A stretch of 55,969 nucleotides of DNA, filler included, from Dugesia japonica (lineage: Eukaryota), in assembly GCA_001938525.1 (NCBI GenBank). It is 5 parts of 5 records of this genome, joined end to end, with 100 filler letters (N's around TTAATTAATTAA, not from the genome) between each part and the next. Parts side by side here need not be neighbours in the genome. Positions count along the whole stretch, not along the records: positions 47,043 to 55,969 come from MQRL01599336.1; 4 more parts are not named here. The stretch is one strand, 5' to 3'. The notes beneath the pieces were generated by a model, which was given only the letters and a program-made list of their open reading frames with translations, did no database searches and had not been told where the DNA came from. Shown piece after piece: positions 53,296 through 55,969 of the stretch (position 1 is the stretch's first letter; each line of letters starts with the position of its first letter). A program made the position numbers and the translations under genes.

Positions 53296-53729
53296 TCAAT
53301 TAAAATCACCATGACGACCATATTAAAATTATTCTAAGTCGGATGTTATTCACTACTGGAAAAGATTTCGACCAAAAATATTTTAAACCTAGATTCGAGT
53401 TAAAGTTAGACCAATGAAATTCAAAATTGAAAAAAGTTTTGAATGTCGACCAATAATCTCGACCATTAACTATGGTCAAAAATTCGAAATTCAAAAAAAT
53501 TTTAACTATATTTTACATAAAATTAAATTTTTTTAAATATTTTATTTTTTTATTTAATATTTTTATTTAATAATNNNNNNNNNNNNNNNNNNNNNNNNNN
53601 NNNNNNNNNNNNNNNNNNNNNNNNNNNNNNNNNNNNNNNNNNNNNNNNNNNNNNNNNNNNNNNNNNNNNNNNNNNNNNNNNNNNNNNNNNNNNNNNNNNN
53701 NNNNNNNNNNNNNNNNNNNNNNNNNNNNN

Positions 53730-54318
53730 ATAATTGTGTATTTTTAGAAATAGCTTTTGATTTTTCATAATTTTCTCTTGTGCGAGATCTTTTGATACTG
53801 CATGTTTTCTCGGTTTCTGATTGCGGATTGAATACTAAATATTCAGCAACATTCTCATTGAATTTAACTCTTTTTTTCAAAATTAATGAATTCCTATTTA
53901 TATTTATATAATTAAATAAAGAATTTTTTGAAATTACTTTTGTTGAAGTCTTTTTTTTTAAAATAGATTTTATAACATTATTATTTCTATTCGATTTCTT
54001 GTTTACGTTTGATGATATTTTATCAGTATAATTATTGATTGGAATATTTTGGTTAGAGTTTAATATTTCAATATTTTCGTTTGACATTATATCTATTGAT
54101 AAATCATCAATGACATGATTATCGCCATGAATCTTATTTGTCACGGACATTAACCAATCAACAAACAATTCAGTTTTTTCATTTAGAATTAATTTTAAAC
54201 TATTAATAATATATTCTTTGGAGTTTTTATTATTTACTAGCCTGATTATGTAATCAATTAATGAATCATAAATTGTAATTTGGATTGATTTGAAATAATT
54301 AGAAATAATATTTTTCAT
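53730..54318 (-). CDS. PWI-like domain protein with SILK and RVxF motifs, copy B (stop probably hidden in Ns)
   Basis: 48 of the first 62 aa identical to copy A (manual count); SILK at 53967-53956; RVKF at 53871-53860 followed by EYLVF. Confidence 0.8.
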
Positions 54319-54719
54319 TTGAATTTTGTTATTGGTTTTTAATAAATTTCAACAAATAAAGAATTTGTTTGATTTTTAAGTTATTTTGATCCAATAAAAT
54401 TAAAATAAATAAATTTATTATTTTTATTTATTATTAATTTTATATTATTTTAATACGCATAAATTAATGTAGCAATCATAATTGTTTTTAGAGTTCAAAC
54501 TTGAAAATGATCTATATATTCGACATAGCATCTTTACCTAATATTTAAGAACCTTAATAACATGAGCTTATAATAANTAAATTAAAATTGGCCCAACTTA
54601 TTAATAATTACATGACGATAAATATTACCTTATTTTGATTAGAAAAGTTATTTTTTTAGTTTTATTTGATTTCAAATTTACTAAATATCAATAAACAAAA
54701 TATTTTTAATTAATTAATT

Positions 54720-54805
54720 AATAGTAATTAATTATCAATTTATTACTATCGATTATTTTTAATTATTAATATGAGGTCGACGTCGTCACTTACATCTGGA
54801 GTTTT
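54720..54805. repeat. Left arm of a long inverted repeat (partner 55884-55969)
   Basis: 85 of 86 nt complementary to the last 86 nt of the window. Confidence 0.97.
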
Positions 54806-54996
54806 ATAAAGTTTCCTCCATTCAAATAAATGATTTTTAATTTTTTCAAGAATGTTTCACTAACATTTAAAATGCAAGAAATTTTCCAGTAAGAAAAATT
54901 TTCTTATTTTGTATTTTAAAATATGATGAAAGTCGTATAATCTCAAATTATTGAAAACAACCGGAAGTTCAAACTTTATTTTCCTACTTATATTAT

Positions 54997-55888
54997 TATT
55001 TAGTCGCATTAATTCTCGCTCTTTGTTTTAATTAACTAGCTTATTAAATATTTCAGTGATAATTTAAATCAATCGGTAAGATTTGTTAAGTTTTAATATT
55101 TAAATATTAAAATAATAGTATATTATTTAGTTAAGTTGTATAACAAAGGAAAACCGATCCATTTAATATGACTAGATTTATTCTAAAAAACGCACATTTG
55201 CGGGAGGCGTTGCTTTTTTGTTTTCATCTAAAAAGAAGTGCTTCAGAAAGTCATAGGATGCTTTCAGAAGCTTTTGGCAACCATGCTCTGTCTGAAACAT
55301 GCTGTTGAGAATGGTTCTAGCAATTCGAAATGGGTTACTTTGGTTTGCAGGATAAACAACGTCTAGGTCAACCAAAGCGCTTTTCAGATGAAGATTTGGA
55401 AAAGGTGTTGATCAAATAACGATCCGAAACAATGTCAAAAATCATTAATTTAAATAAATATACCATAAACAGACGATTTAAAGCCATTGGATACAAACAG
55501 AAAGTCAGTAAATGGTTGCCTCATCGATTGAAAGAAGCAGATATTGCAAAACGATTAGTCATTTGTCAGACGCTGCTCAACTGGCAAAGAAAAAAGTCCT
55601 TATTACATCGCATTGTTACTTGTGATGAAAAATGAATTTCTTATGAAAATCTGAACCAAAGAATATCATGGGTGAAACCTGGTCAACCCAGAAAATCTAC
55701 ACCAAAATGAGACTTGCATGGAAACAAGGTGATGTTATCTATTTTTTGAGATCAAAGGGGGATTATTCATTGTGAGCTTCTGAACAAACGTGAAACGATT
55801 GATAGTCGGCGTTATCAACAACAATTAATAAAATTTTCGCAAGTATTGCACGAAAAACGGCCAGACTATTCCAATAGACATGAAAAAC
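54997..55888 (+). mobile_element. Mos1-like mariner 5' portion with TIR, truncated by the inverted-repeat arm
   Basis: TIR relic ending attaattctcgct at 55020; ATG 55168 MTRFILKNAHLREALLFCFHLKRSASESHRML...WLPH...RIVTCDEK...KRPDYSNRHEK. Confidence 0.92.
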
Positions 55889-55969
55889 TCCAGAAGTAAG
55901 TGACGACGTCGACCTCATATTAATAATTAAAAATAATCGATAGTAATAAATTGATAATTAATTACTATT
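55884..55969. repeat. Right arm of the long inverted repeat (cut by window end)
   Basis: Reverse complement of 54720-54805. Confidence 0.97.

Overview
AT-rich eukaryotic (metazoan) genomic DNA, not prokaryotic. Short 47-51 nt GT-AG introns and a divergent LC8 gene tentatively suggest a flatworm, but this is inference only. The window is not one locus: four identical 100-nt artificial spacers (44N-TTAATTAATTAA-44N) join five contigs (1-12117, 12218-26824, 26925-36933, 37034-46942, 47043-end). Host genes: PPCS (three coding exons visible, last exon not seen), the last exon of an R7-type RGS gene, a complete two-exon divergent dynein light chain, an orphan Asn-rich ORF, an N-acylation-motif kinase-N-lobe-like ORF, and two convergent intronless paralogs combining a PWI-like domain with PP1-docking motifs (SILK, RVxF, hydrophobic pair). 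Most of the remainder is decayed mobile DNA: Ty3/Gypsy, mariner, hAT, Helitron, Penelope (with a hammerhead relic), a piggyBac-type MITE, and Polinton/adintovirus relics (pPolB twice, PLA2X). The best candidate for a novel system is the PWI plus PP1-docking paralog pair flanking the putative pseudokinase. All family assignments are by-eye motif recognition; no searches were run.
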